A stretch of 64,000 bases of DNA, taken from the human T2T-CHM13v2.0 reference genome, Homo sapiens. A program made the translations under genes and the position numbers. Positions 1-15,356 of this stretch are shown here, in pieces. Positions within the stretch are counted from its first letter, which is position 1; the number at the start of each line of letters is the position of its first letter. The notes beneath the pieces are model-generated. The model searched no databases and was not told the DNA's origin. It was given only the letters and a program-made list of their open reading frames with translations. Where the stretch lies: assembly GCF_009914755.1 (NCBI RefSeq), contig NC_060937.1; one strand, written 5' to 3'.

Positions 1-39
1 CTCAGTTTGGCCAAACTAGAACTTCAAATACAATCTACC

Positions 40-400
40 CCTTCCTGTCTCTGCATCTGTGCTCATGTCACTGCCTGGGCTTGCTTATCCTCTCTACCCA
101 TCTGACCCTTTAAACTCATCCCCCCAAGGCCGAGATCTTCTCTGGAGGCCATCATTTCCCTCCACTGTAGCTCAACCTGAGCCCTTCCTTATCTGAGTCT
201 GTGAGTTCCTGTCTGTGCCCCTCCCATGCCATGAACATTTATTCTCATATTGCACTGTTTTGCAATGCCCCACTGATTTGATCTCTCTATACAAGGATGA
301 GGACAAAGGTCAGGTATCATGCTACTTTCATATTCTCCAGAGCACCTAGCATAGTTCTGTGTACAAGATAGGCACTCAATAACTATTTGTCGACTTGAAA
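40..400 (+). mobile_element. L2 LINE 3' end fragment
   Basis: Ends in L2-type 3' terminus (cctagcatag...taggcactcaataactatttgtcgacttgaa). Confidence 0.6.
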
Positions 401-1536
401 TAATAAGGTACGTTTTTCTCTTTCCCGCTGGTCTTATCTCTGCTTGAGTAAATGAGGTTGATATGTGAAGGCAGTTGAGATTAAACATGTAAAGTGGAAG
501 AATAAACAAGAGACAGAGGAGATTTTAATAAAATTTTATGATATAAAAATCATAATTACCTGCTAAATCTATTTTTTAAAGCTTTTAAAGTATTCAGATT
601 GCTCCTCTCAACCTGGTGGCGTTTTGGTGTGTTTGACTAAAAAGCACACAGGTGCTAAAAAGCAGAATTATTATTTTAAAAATATTTGGCAACAAAAATA
701 AACTTGTTTTAATTCAAAAGTTCTTGTGATTTTTGTTTCCTCAAATGACTTCATAGAAAACTCCTCATGAAATTTTAGTGTATATCATCTATTTTGACTC
801 CAAATTGACTTTGGTTAGAAAAACCTCATTTCTTTTAAAAAATCAATGATAAATAAATAAAATATGTAGATCAAGTTTGTTGGCATAATAACAGATTTAG
901 TTATAAATTGAAGACTTCAATAAAATAAGCTTAGAGTTAGAAATTACCAAGACATGCTCTAAGAAAAAAATAATAAAAAGAACAAAAGCACTCAAACTGT
1001 GATTCACTATGAACATTTTCCCTGTAACCAGCTCTGCTACTTTCATTACAGAATTAGAGAAGTAAACTTAAAGCATAGTTAAGTCAACAGAAACTGTTCT
1101 AGGTAAATGAATTCAACCTTCATGGTCACTGACACACAATATAATCTTGTTTCTTTCAGAATTTTATTCTTTAAGTAACTAGGTGACTCACAAGCTCAGA
1201 AAGTATTTTCTGGTACAAGTAAGTCTGAGCTTAGCATAAAATATTCTGAATATTTCTGCTTTTCAGATGAGTATTTAAAAAATAATAGTTCCTTTCTGGA
1301 AGGTGTAATTGGCTTTTGGTTTGCATGCCTACAAATGATTGTCCTTTTGTAGAATACATTTTAGGATAAGCTAGAATACAGCTTTTCCTTTCTCCATCAA
1401 AATCCTACCAATAATTTAGGGTTTAGCTCAAATATTACCTCTTTTATACAACTTTGCTTTATTTTTAGGCAGAATTAACCAAATTAGAATCAAATTAATC
1501 ACCCACTACACCTTTTTTTAGGGGAAGGGATGTATC

Positions 1537-1833
1537 TTTTTTTTTTTTTTTGAGATGGAGTCTTGCTCTTGTTGCCTAGGCTGGAATGCAATGGCATGAG
1601 CTTGGCTCACTTGCAACCTCTGCCTCCCTGGTTCAAGCAATTCTCCTGCCTCAGCCTCCAGAGTAGCTGGGTCTACAGGTGCCCACACCACACCTGGCTA
1701 ATTTTTGTATTTTTAGTAGAGACAGGGTTTCACCGTGTTGGCCAGGCTGGTCTCGAACTCCTGACCTCGTGATCCGCCTGCCTTGTCCTCCCAAAGTGCT
1801 GGGAATTACAGGCGTGAGCCACCATGCTCAGCC
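1537..1833 (-). mobile_element. AluS, full length
   Basis: Poly-T followed by the reverse complement of a dimeric Alu. Confidence 0.95.
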
Positions 1834-1959
1834 TGGAGATATCATTTTTAACATTTATTTCAGTTTCCCAAGTTCCATAGTTGATGTGTATATTTTGATT
1901 ACACCCCTAAGTTTGGGTTTACAAGCTCCTCATCTTGTTTTATTTTTTTCTAATTTTCA

Positions 1960-2262
1960 CTTTTGTTTCTTTATTTATTTTTGAAACAGGGTCTCACTCG
2001 GTTGCCCAGGCTGGGGTGCAATGGTGTGATCTTGGCTCACTGTAGCCTTGACCTCCTGGGCTCAAGTGATCCTCCTGCCTCAACGTCCCTTGTATCTGTG
2101 GTGGCATGTGTCACCACACTCGGCTAATTTTTTGATATTTTTGGAGAGATAGAGGGTCTCACCTTGTTGCCTAGGGTGGTCTCAAACTCCTGAGCCCAAG
2201 TGATCCTCTGCATCGGCTACCCAAAGTGCTGGGATTGTAGGTGTGAATCACCATGCCTGGCC
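1960..2262 (-). mobile_element. AluJ
   Basis: J-type features (ctcactgtagccttgacctcctgggctcaagtgatcctcc). Confidence 0.9.
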
Positions 2263-2599
2263 TGACTTCCTATTATTGGAAATGCCTGTTATGAGATGTG
2301 AGGATTTAAAAAACTTACATCTTTATCTACTTTTATCCCATATGTAATTTGCTTTTATTTCTGAAACATTGCAGCCAGTTCATGGAATAAAGGGAATATT
2401 CTTAGATACTTTCTAGGAGCCGTCTGTCCTTTGGCTGCAATCTGGTTGGTCCTCCCCACCCCACTCCAAGGCAGTTCCCCAGCTGGCATTTGGGACTTCT
2501 CTCTTTTGTTCTGCTAGGTTGAATTGACTGTTTTCTAAATCTTGTATTTTCTTCTTTTCTTGCTTTTTTTTTTCATCCACACTTTGTGTAGTAAATCCT

Positions 2600-3260
<661 letters not shown>

Positions 3261-3269
3261 GTTCTCAGT

Positions 3270-3345
3270 CTTCAGTGAGATATAATTCACATATCATACA
3301 ATCTACCCATTTAAAATTTACAATTCTATGGATTCTTTACATACG
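3270..3345 (-). mobile_element. L1M 3' end fragment
   Basis: gagatataattcacatatcatacaatctacccatttaaaa, typical L1MB/MC terminus. Confidence 0.55.
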
Positions 3346-3720
3346 CTCTGTCTTTACGTGATGGCAATGCAGTACTTAATAAAAATTTGAATGTGGCAAA
3401 TTGACCTCATATAGAAACTACTATTACAGCCATATGCATAGCCTTAATATTTACAAGCTTACAACTATGATTTAGACTTTTCCTCTGCATCTGAAAGAGT
3501 GGGATGAAAATCTTATGGGTATTTTTTATTTGCATGGAGTTTTCTGTTAATTGACACTATGCCCAAAGACAAGTCACTCCTCTCTTTCTCTTCATCTACC
3601 AAGTAGAATTTACAATCTCTTCGGAGTGTAATACTGTAAACTCATTTGCTCCTCAGGATTAAAGAAAATAAGTTTCTGATGTTCAAACAAGTCGTCTAAA
3701 ATAACATAAGGCTGGGTGCA

Positions 3721-4313
<593 letters not shown>

Positions 4314-4936
4314 TTAACATCCGATTGGACTCCATTTTCATATGGAGAAGGATGCCATCTGTCCTCTGTTCATGATCACTACCTTGTCCTGTCCTGGGAG
4401 ACTGTGTAAGTCTAAGGAAATGATTGACTATCAAGTGGTAATTCATACTATTTGCTGTGAAAGGAATAAATTGCATTGCTCTCAGGTTTGCCCACTGTTT
4501 CTTTTACAAGGTGTTTCACAGCTGCAGCTACCAATCAGAAGCATTGGTGCTCTGCCTCTTAGCCCCCAGGATGGTTTTCTTCTGAGTAGTTTGGGCCAGG
4601 TTACATAGTGGCTGGATGCCCAACACTTGCTGAATACACAACTTGCTGGGGTTGTGCTTAATAGGCATTTTGTAGTGAATGGACAAATGAGTCTGACAAA
4701 TGTTGGATGATTTCTTTTTTCCAAGGTTGAGCTCAGTTTCTGCAGGGATGTTACATGTTTCTATGTGTGGTCTTGAAAAAGCCTTCATTGTTCATCACGA
4801 TTTCCTCATTGGCAAATAGGGAGGCCTATAATGGCTTAATCAAATAGCTACTGTGGCCTGATCAAACAAGGAACTTCAGAAAACGAATGCTCCAAATGGT
4901 TTCATTTGTCAACACTACTATATTCATGGGTGGGAC

Positions 4937-4979
4937 AAACACACACATACATATGCACACATACACATGCACACACACA
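4937..4979. repeat. Imperfect (CA/TA)n microsatellite
   Basis: Direct inspection. Confidence 0.8.
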
Positions 4980-5879
4980 GTTGCTAGTGTGAGGCCTCAT
5001 TCCTTTGCCAGCCTTAACATCTATCATTGCATTCCAGACCCTATGTTATTTAACTGATAATGAGTTACAGGCTTAAAATGATATGCCATAGAATGAGTCA
5101 TTATACGCATAGGCATATTTCTATCATCCAAGAGGGCTTCTTTTAATTAGACGTCTGAGAAACTTTAAGAATGTGGATTTGTTAGTCTAAATTGTGGGAG
5201 AATAATTCTTCCCTCAGCGAGTTCTGAGTTGAGCTGCACATGGTGTTGGTTGTGGTTGTCTCCAGTGAATTGCATGTCCACTTATTTAGTTTTTAGTCGG
5301 TGTTGGTTTGATGTTGATGGTGTTTAAAACTTAAATAATTCTGGATTTTATGATATATTGATTTTCCAAGAGGACTCATCTGAGCCAGGATTCCTACAGA
5401 TGCAATTCCATCCGGAAATTTTGGAGAGAAATAAAACTTAATCTCAAGCCTCCAGTGTGTCCTAGAGACTAAATTTCTTGGCAATCCTTCTTTTCTGACT
5501 TTTTTCTTATTTCACCCAACGTCCTTTTAATAATCTCCTTCTCTTTCTTCTTCTTTGAACCAACACTATGGTGCCTTTAAAATGTATTTAAACCTCAAAA
5601 AATAAAGGCACTTTGTAGTTCTTAGAAGTAATGTCCTGTCTGTGAATTGAGACCAGGTCATTTCTACTTTCAAACCTGTATTTTTTTTTTTTTTTTTTTT
5701 TTTACGGTATAGATAGTCCGTGTTGAAAAAATGGCCCCACTGTAGGATGGGTTCTTAGCCCACTGCAGGATGTCTAATAACTACTGCATTTTAGAAATCT
5801 GGGGATTGTGAAAAATGAAATTATTGACGCTATGAATGGTTAGGAAAAAAGATATCAAGAGTCTTAAACTATGTGTTTA

Positions 5880-6229
<350 letters not shown>

Positions 6230-7564
6230 TCAGCCCTTAATTCGACTTGTGAGCCCTCACTGAAGCAAACGGCTACCGTGGTATCTCGATTGAAGTCTTT
6301 GGAAAACATACAGAATGTGTTGATAGCTCATATTATATCACACTGTAACTTGGGTGTTTGGCAGGGAAACATACTTCTCTCTTTTGAAAAAAATTAATAT
6401 TTACTTGATTTCCTGATAAAAGGAATACTACAAAAGAGTATTGCAAAACCTTGAAGGTTTGGCACAGTTTCCCATGTGGGTGGAAAAATGTTGCTCTGAA
6501 GCCAGACTGGAATTGTTCATGAAATATAACATTAAAAATACGTTTTTAAAAGAAGAAGCTTGATCCTGGAAAGAAAATACATATATAATATATAAAACAA
6601 CAAAGTTATGGACTTTACCAGCATGTATTATAGAAACACAATGACATAATCATGATGCCATGAAAATGGCAATCTCTGATATTAGATAATTAGGCTTTCT
6701 TTATTATGCTGATTTTAATCTTTATCAGAGTCCCACTGTGTTTGGATCTATGTCTATTTCATGTAATTGTCTATATCTTGCTCCTACTGACATTCTCGAC
6801 CTTTGCTATATAGCCCAGCACAAACAGCCATGATCGCTTCTTGCTTCTCAAAAAAGAAAGCTACTTAAAACTGGAAGGTGTATTCAGGTCTTTGTTCTTA
6901 TTGGGCTTATAAACATTTACGCATTGGGATGTCCCAAATCCAGAGCCAATATGTCTCCTCCTCCTCCAGCTTCCCTCTTTGAACTCTTGCTGTTAGCTGA
7001 TTTCCATATGTCCCCCTTTTACTCAAGCAGAACCACTTATATAAAAGCTTCAGCATAGTAATGTTTCCCCCTTATGCCACACAATAAATATATGGGACAA
7101 GGGAGGGTGAAGAGGTTTGTGAAAGGAAGTTGGTAGGACAAATGATTGTTTTCAATTAATGATTTATTTATTTATTTTTGTTCTTTAGTTGAGGGGGCAT
7201 ATATTAAAGTGTTATTTCCTAAGCTTAGTTTCATAGATCTGTATTAGTCTTTCCATTTGTAACTATCTGTTCTTTCTACAGAACACAACAAATACAAGGG
7301 CTGCAGTTTCAGAAATTCCCTATGAAGGAAAGATGGCTACTGCAAATCACCATTCTTACCCCATCTCCTAGATTCTGGGACTGGGTGTATTAGTGGTGTT
7401 TCTTTCTCAGTGGCATGTAGTTAGTCCATTTCCCTAATAAATTAGAGAAATGATTTCTTACTAAACAAGGGAGTGAAAAGAGCGAGTTGGGAATTGCACC
7501 AAACAAAGGGTAATCTATAGCTTAGCAGGAGAAGTGGGTGAAACAGATGATTAACTTTCCTGAG

Positions 7565-7700
7565 TAGTAGTTAATGAGTAATCAATGAAGCATTTATTAA
7601 GTCCTTCCTGTATTCCCAAGAGCAAAATAGGCAGTGTGAGAATCAATGACGTATCTGACATGGTATTTTGCCTTAAAAGAAATTTATGATCTGGTTAGGC
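7565..7700 (-). mobile_element. L2 3' end fragment
   Basis: aagcatttattaagtccttcctgtattcc, antisense L2 terminus. Confidence 0.5.
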
Positions 7701-7740
7701 AATACATATAATGTGTATCAAATTAAAACACTACATGCTA

Positions 7741-8857
7741 TTTTTTATCTTTAACTTTTATTTTAAGTTCAGTGGTACATGTGCAAGTTTGTTATATGGG
7801 TAAACTTGTGTCATGGGGGTTTGCTGTACAGATTATTTTTTCACCCAAATATTAAGCCTAGTATCCCTTAGTTACTTTTCCTGATCCACTCCCTTCTCCC
7901 CCTCTCCACCCTCTGATAGTCCCCAGTGTGTGTTGTTCCACTCTATGTGTCCATGTGTTCTCATTATTTAGCTCTCACTTATATGTGAGAACATGCTGTA
8001 TTTGGTTTTCTGTTCCTATATTAGTTTGCTTAGGACAATGGCCTACAGCTCCGTCCATGACCCTGCAAAGGACACCATCTTGTTCTTTCTAATGGCTGCA
8101 TAGTATTCCACGGTGTATATGTGCCACATTTTCTTTATGCAGCCTGCCATTGATAGGCATTTAGGTTGATTCCATGCCTTTGCTTTTGTGAGTACTGCTG
8201 CAATGACCATACACATATCTTTATGATAGAAAGATTTATATTCCTTTGGGTGTATTCCCAGTAATGAGATTGTTGGGTCAAATGGTATTTCTGTTTTTAG
8301 GTCTTTGAGGAATCACCGCACTGTCTTCCACAATGGCTGAACTGACTTACACGTCCACCGACAGTGTATAAGCATTCCCTTTTCTCTGCAATCTCGCCAG
8401 CATGTTTTTTTATTTTTTATATATTTTTTGAGACAGGGCCTTGCTCTGTCGCCCAGGCTGGAGTGCATTGGCATGGTATCAGCTCACTACAGCCTCCACC
8501 TCCTGGGTTCAAGTGATTCTCATGCCTCAGACTCCTGAGTAGCTAGGACTACAGGCGTGCACCACCATGTCCGGCTAATTTTGGTATTTTTAGTGGAGAA
8601 GGGGTTCGTCACATTGCCCTGGCTGGTCTTGAACTCCTTGCCACAAGTGATCTGCCTGCCTTGGCCTCCCAAAGTGCTGGGATTACAGGTGTGAACCATT
8701 GTGCCTGGCCCTGTTATGTTTTGACTTTTTAATAATCACCATTCTGACTCGTGTGAGATGGTATCTCACTGAGGTTTTGATTTGCATTCTCTAATGATCA
8801 GTGACGTCGAGATTTTTTTTCCTATGGTTGCAGGCTGCATGTATGTCTTCTTTTGAA
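7741..8857 (-). mobile_element. 5'-truncated L1PA (old primate, ~PA13-16), 3'UTR and end of ORF2
   Basis: tttaagttcagtggtacatgtgcaagtttgtt...gtgagaacatg...gtgtgagatggtatctca; split by an Alu at 8405-8710. Confidence 0.92.
8405..8710 (-). mobile_element. Alu (S/J) inside L1PA
   Basis: Full reverse-complement Alu. Confidence 0.93.
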
Positions 8858-9119
8858 TGCAGAAAGAGTTCAGAAAAGAGAGATGCATAGAGAAGCAAGA
8901 ACAAGCTGAAGGAGGCTTGGGATGGACGTTGGAGAATTTTAGGTGGACATTGAGACTCCTGGCCAGAGAGATAAGGCCAGGTGGGCACTTGTGAAGTTTG
9001 TTGAGGAGGTGAGTGTTGATGTGTAGGGGTATTTATGACTCTGTCAGTCGAGGATAGAATAAAATGAAATAGGAAGCTATTGGAGGTTCGTGCACTTGCT
9101 GGAAGCTTATTTAAAAAAA

Positions 9120-9593
9120 TAGTTTATTGAAGTGAAATTTATATAACATAAAATGAACCATTTTATTTATTTATTAAATATATTTTTTCAATAAGATGAG
9201 GTTTCACTGTGTTTCTTAGGCTGTTCTCGAGCTCCTGAGTTCAAGCGATCTGCCCGCCTCAGCTTCCCAAAGTGTTGGGATTACAGGCGTGAGCCACCAT
9301 GCCTGGCCATAATGAACCATTTTAAAGTGAACAATTCAGTGGTATTTAGTACGTTCACAAACTCCTTACCTATTAAAAGCAGTTGCTCCCTGTTCTCTCT
9401 CTCCAGCTCTGGAAATCACCAATCTGTGTTCTGTCTCTATGGATTCATGGATTCTGGATGTTTCATACAAATAGACTCATACAGCTTGTGACCTTTTGTG
9501 TCTGACTTCTTTCATTTGGCATAATGTTCTCAAGATTCATTCACTGTGTAGCATATATCAGTACTTAATTATTTTAATGACTGAATAATATTC
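9120..9593 (-). mobile_element. L1MB 3' fragment carrying a FLAM/left Alu monomer at 9163-9308
   Basis: tttattgaagtgaaattt...tgtctctatggatt...gactgaataatattc; monomer TSD aatgaaccattt. Confidence 0.8.
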
Positions 9594-10214
9594 TGGAAGT
9601 CTGTTTTTGACTAATGTGGAGGCATGTGCTGAAGTGGCTAATCTAAAATATGTTTTGATGCATTGAGTGACCATTAAACTCACTAGTTCCATTTTGTCTA
9701 CACACACACACACAAGGAATCTAAAATGTTTATTCTAGGAGAATGGAAATCTTATCTCACTGATAGAATAGATAAAGGGAGATTAATTATAGGGAATACA
9801 AACTGAAGTTTAGGGTAATAATAAAAATAGCCAGTAGAGATATTCCACAGAGATCTGAAAATTCAAGGAAGAATTGAGAATTGAGGTCTAGAGTAAAAAA
9901 AAAAATGAAGTCATCTCTTAAATTCAAACTGATATTGGTAGATTACAGAATAGCCTGGGCACAGGAATTGAATACTCCGCAGAATGTCATGGATAAATTT
10001 CTTTTTTGGCAAAGTGTTTTACACTGCCTGTAGTAAGAGAAAGTTGGAAGCTGGAGACAGAGGATTTATGGAGACGAGGAGACAGGCTGCAGAAATGTCA
10101 CCCAGGCTGATTCCAGCAAGGGTGGCACTGGAAATAAACAAGGATGAGAGGCTCACAGTGTAGTGTTTCAATCCTGGTACATGTCACACCCCCTGAGATC
10201 AGAAAGTTGGGTGG

Positions 10215-10400
10215 AGCGGTGGAAAGACCATAAAATTTTGAGTCAGATAGACCAGGGTTCAAATTTGGGTTCCTCCACTTATTCTGAATATACTTAAATA
10301 CGTTAACTTTTCTGAGCCTGGGGAAGATGAAATAAGATGACATTTGTGAAGATGAATTATAGATAGTACTTAGGCAGGAAGTTACATATATATTTGTCAT
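10215..10400 (+). mobile_element. MIR
   Basis: gagtcagatagaccagggttcaaat core-like sequence. Confidence 0.65.
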
Positions 10401-10549
10401 GAGGGGGGTGAATATGTATTTTCACGGGGAGGGTCGGGGCGGGGAGGGTCGGGGCAGGGAGAGACGGATGCTGAAAACTCTATGTGGCGCTCATGCCTTG
10501 GGAAAGGAAAATGGCTGAACCTTGGGGAAAGAAAAGTGAACATAGTGCC

Positions 10550-10860
10550 AATTATTTATCTATTTATTTGTTCTTGTTCACTTATACATTTTACTTTGTC
10601 TTGTTCCTAAAAGGATTTGTGAAGATAGTTCACAAAGATTGTTTTATGATAGTCTGCCTACCATAAAAACATGGTTTACAAGGATGGTTTATGAAGGTAC
10701 ACACATCATAAGATCAAAAATAAGTAAAAATTAGGGTTGAGAAAAACGTGAGCAAAGGGAAAATGACAGTAAGAAGATAAGAAGCCTCGGAAAGCAAGTG
10801 ACATGAATTTTACGCCCTTGTAGACACAGACTATAAATTCGGCTTGAAATTGAAGATATT
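10550..10860 (-). mobile_element. Possible L4/RTE-X fossil 3' end
   Basis: (ttta)n followed by ttcctaaaaggatttgtga, resembling the L4 terminus. Confidence 0.3.
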
Positions 10861-11372
10861 GTTGTTTCATTGGATATAGTCATCTAAGAGGAGCTATCCA
10901 GCAGGTCAAAGGCTGAGGAAGGAAGCAGGTGAGGAGGCTGATGTGGCAGTTAGTTATAGATGTGAAATGGTTTTCTTCTGATGGGCATTCTGCTTTATTG
11001 CTGCAAGCACATCTTGCTGTCACATCTGTTAACAGCTCATATAAGAGTTGGCTTAATTTGTTTTTCAGGGGCGTGCTCAAGTAGGTAAAGATTTATGAAC
11101 TTTCATGCTGTTCTTCTCATTGCATCTCATTAAGTGGTTTTCTGAAACCCACATACTGAAGCCATCTGAAGGAGCCTTGGAGAAAGGGTGGGTGTCCTTG
11201 GCTTGGGGAATGAAGGTGGGCATTGGCTTGTTCTTTCCCAGGATGAAATTGTTCATAGAAAGGAGCTGAGTGGGATCAGAAGGAAGAGAATGGGCATCTT
11301 AGCACCTTCTGGGTGTGTCTTCAGTTTGGCATCCATATTTTTTGAACTAAATCGCTAGAATTTATAAATATC

Positions 11373-11500
11373 TTTGGGAGGCATAAGCAGGAGATTGTTT
11401 AAGGTCAGGAGTTTGAGACCCGCCTAGGAAACATAGGGAGACCCTGCTTCTACAAAAAAATTAAAAAATTAGTTGGGCATAGTGTTGTGGTCTTAGCTAT
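11373..11500 (+). mobile_element. Degenerate AluJ fragment
   Basis: tttgggaggc...ggtcaggagtttgagacc...aaaattagttgggc. Confidence 0.75.
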
Positions 11501-11504
11501 TCTA

Positions 11505-11942
<438 letters not shown>

Positions 11943-12005
11943 CTATATAAATATAGATACTGCATATACTCCTATTTATTTTTTTTCTTTCTTCCCCTAC
12001 TTGTG

Positions 12006-12428
<423 letters not shown>

Positions 12429-12589
12429 CTGTATTTAAATATAAATGTTCTCAAAAAGTATATTTCTAAGCCAAACATACATAATGCTTTGATTATCTAG
12501 TTGTGTTATTCAACCACATCCCGGTTCTACTCCTATCAGCAGTAAATGATAGAATCAGAATTAACTCACAAAAATTCAGCCTTATGTTT

Positions 12590-12800
12590 GTACAGCTTTA
12601 AATATTTCAAAGTGTTTCAGGGCACCCATATACTACATTTGTGATTCTTACAAAATGATCTGGATAAAGTAGAAGTCGTATTAATATTATTTTTATTTCA
12701 TGAATGAAGATACATTTCAGAGCTTTTTATTTAATTTTAAATTTATATTTCTGGGAAGTGGCAAAGGTAGGCTGAGAATTTTGCACTCTGCTTTTCCCAT
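12590..12800 (-). mobile_element. MIR (degenerate)
   Basis: Antisense MIR-like tract. Confidence 0.4.
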
Positions 12801-12816
12801 GAAAAGTAGAGAAACC

Positions 12817-12945
12817 TATCCTGGACTGGATCCTGGAACAGGAAAAACCCAACATTTGTGAAAAAAATTGGTGAAAACTGAGTTTATTTAATAGTAGTGT
12901 ACCAATGTTGGTTTTGGTTTTAACAAATGTATCATGGTCATGAAG
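12817..12945 (+). mobile_element. L1MC/MD 3'UTR, first part
   Basis: atcctggactggatcctggaacag...gtaccaatgttggttt...atcatggtcatgaag. Confidence 0.7.
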
Positions 12946-13149
12946 CTAGAAACAAAGGCGGCAATCTGAATACTCACTATTTCATGATAATACAGGATCT
13001 ACAGGAGGCATAATTAAGAATTTTAGAAAAGAATGTTGAATAAGTGGTCAGAGAATTACAGCAAAAAGAGGAAGATCACCTAAAAGCGTAAGGTTAGAAA
13101 GGACTGAAGAGAAGCAGCAGTATCAGAGGCAATATCCCATTGCCTGTGA

Positions 13150-13448
13150 GTCCACAGCTAAATTCATCCCTCTCCTCAAACCTGCTGTTCCTTTGGGGCT
13201 CCCTGGTTCTATGAATGGTACCACCACCCACAAGTTGCTAAGACAGAAGCCAGAAACTCTTCTCTCCTCTTGAGCCCTCTATCTAGTCAGTTTCCATGGC
13301 CTGTGAATTCCATCCACAAGGATCTCTTCTTACATCTCTCTGTTATCAAGTTCAGGCCACCAGCATCTTTCCCCTGAACTCTTTCCTGTAATAGTCCCCA
13401 ATCTGGTCTCTCTGCTGCTGCCCATCTTGTCCTCTGCGTTCCTATTCT
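13150..13448 (+). mobile_element. L2 fragment
   Basis: gaatggtaccaccacccacaagttgct...caggccaccagcatc...ctggtctctctgct. Confidence 0.7.
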
Positions 13449-13452
13449 GGGA

Positions 13453-14228
13453 TTTTTTTTTTCCCCTCTCCCTTTTTATTTTTCTTTTGGATTTTTTTGT
13501 AATTGTAATAAGAGAATGTTTATTGGGAAGAGTGCTCTTTAGAACATTACACTTTAACTAGATCAGGAAACATACAATTATCTATATGTTTTATTCTGAC
13601 ATTTATCCAAAAAGTGTAATTACCAATTGATATCACCAGACTGTATCAATGAACCAAATTTTAACTTCAGTGCTTCAGTAGTTTCTAAGCCTCTGGCTCA
13701 TTCTCTGTTCCTCCACCCTGCAAGACTAAGGCATCTTGGCAAAGGAACTCTACTTATGAAAATGTGCCATTTCATATATGGTTTCTAAAACTAATGATGA
13801 AAAAGTTATTTTATCTTATTTTTAATACTCATAAGAAACCATGTCTAAAAAGAAGTACTTATTGTTCCTCTCCTAAGAAATAGATTTAAGTTATAAGATT
13901 GTCTACTAAAATTAATATTTAGATAGAATTGGGAAATTGTTATGATCCAAACATTACCTTTGCTGAGTGAAAATAGAGGTTTTTCATTCACTGGGAATAA
14001 TACTTAAAATGTAGAATTCAAAAAATTGCTATGAGATCATGATTAATCTGACCATTATAATGGTAATGATCAGGTAAATCTGGCCACTGTAAAAAACTTA
14101 CAAATTCTCAATGAGACAGTAGGGTCAGAATGGATGTTGTTTTACCACCCTTTTAACACAATGTGATATCCCATGATACCTGGTGGATAAAGACACTGGT
14201 GAGCCTTCAGGTCAGTCTTCCTGTGTAG
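13453..14228 (-). pseudogene. Candidate processed (3'UTR-only) retrocopy of an unidentified mRNA
   Basis: On the minus strand, AT-rich non-repeat sequence ends AATAAA-~20 nt-degenerate A-tail; no TSD found. Confidence 0.4.
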
Positions 14229-14422
<194 letters not shown>

Positions 14423-14516
14423 GATCTTAACATTAGGAAAAACTGAGTGAAGGATACACAGGAACTATCTGGACCAGACCATTTTTAGAGTTTATCTGTA
14501 AATCTAAAATTGTTCA

Positions 14517-14520
<4 letters not shown>
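14423..14520 (+). mobile_element. L1MC/MD 3'UTR, terminal part
   Basis: gatcttaacattaggaaaaactgagtgaagg...tctgtaaatctaaaattgttc. Confidence 0.7.
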
Positions 14521-14565
<45 letters not shown>

Positions 14566-15323
14566 ATATATAGAATATATATAGAATATATATAGAATAT
14601 ATATATAGAATATATATAGAATATATATATAGAATATATATATAGAATATATATAGAATATATATATAGAATATATATAGAATATATATAGAATATATAT
14701 ATAGAATATATATAGAATATATATAGAATATATATATAGAATATATATAGAATATATATAGAATATATATATAGAATATATATAGAATATATATAGAATA
14801 TATATATAGAATATATATAGAATATATATAGAATATATATATAGAATATATATAGAATATATATATAGAATATATATAGAATATATATATAGAATATATA
14901 TATAGAATATATATAGAATATATATATAGAATATATATAGAATATATATATAGAATATATATAGAATATATATATAGAATATATATAGAATATATATAGA
15001 ATATATATAGAATATATATAGAATATATATATAGAATATATATAGAATATATATAGAATATATATATAGAATATATATAGAATATATATATAGAATATAT
15101 ATAGAATATATATATAGAATATATATAGAATATATATATAGAATATATATAGAATATATATATAGAATATATATAGAATATATATATAGAATATATATAG
15201 AATATATATATAGAATATATATAGAATATATATATAGAATATATATAGAATATATATATAGAATATATATAGAATATATATAGTGTGTATATATATATAT
15301 AGAATATATATATATATATATAT
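14516..15323. repeat. AT-rich tandem repeat, 11/13-bp units AGA(AT)4 / AGA(AT)5
   Basis: Direct inspection; opens with a pure (AT)20 tract at 14521-14560. Confidence 0.98.
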
Positions 15324-15356
15324 GCAATTTACACAGAAAAAGAAAACGTGTCGTCA

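Noticed and set aside
5681-5703. Poly-T run without an attached Alu or L1
   Set aside because: No poly(A) signal or TSD; simple repeat.
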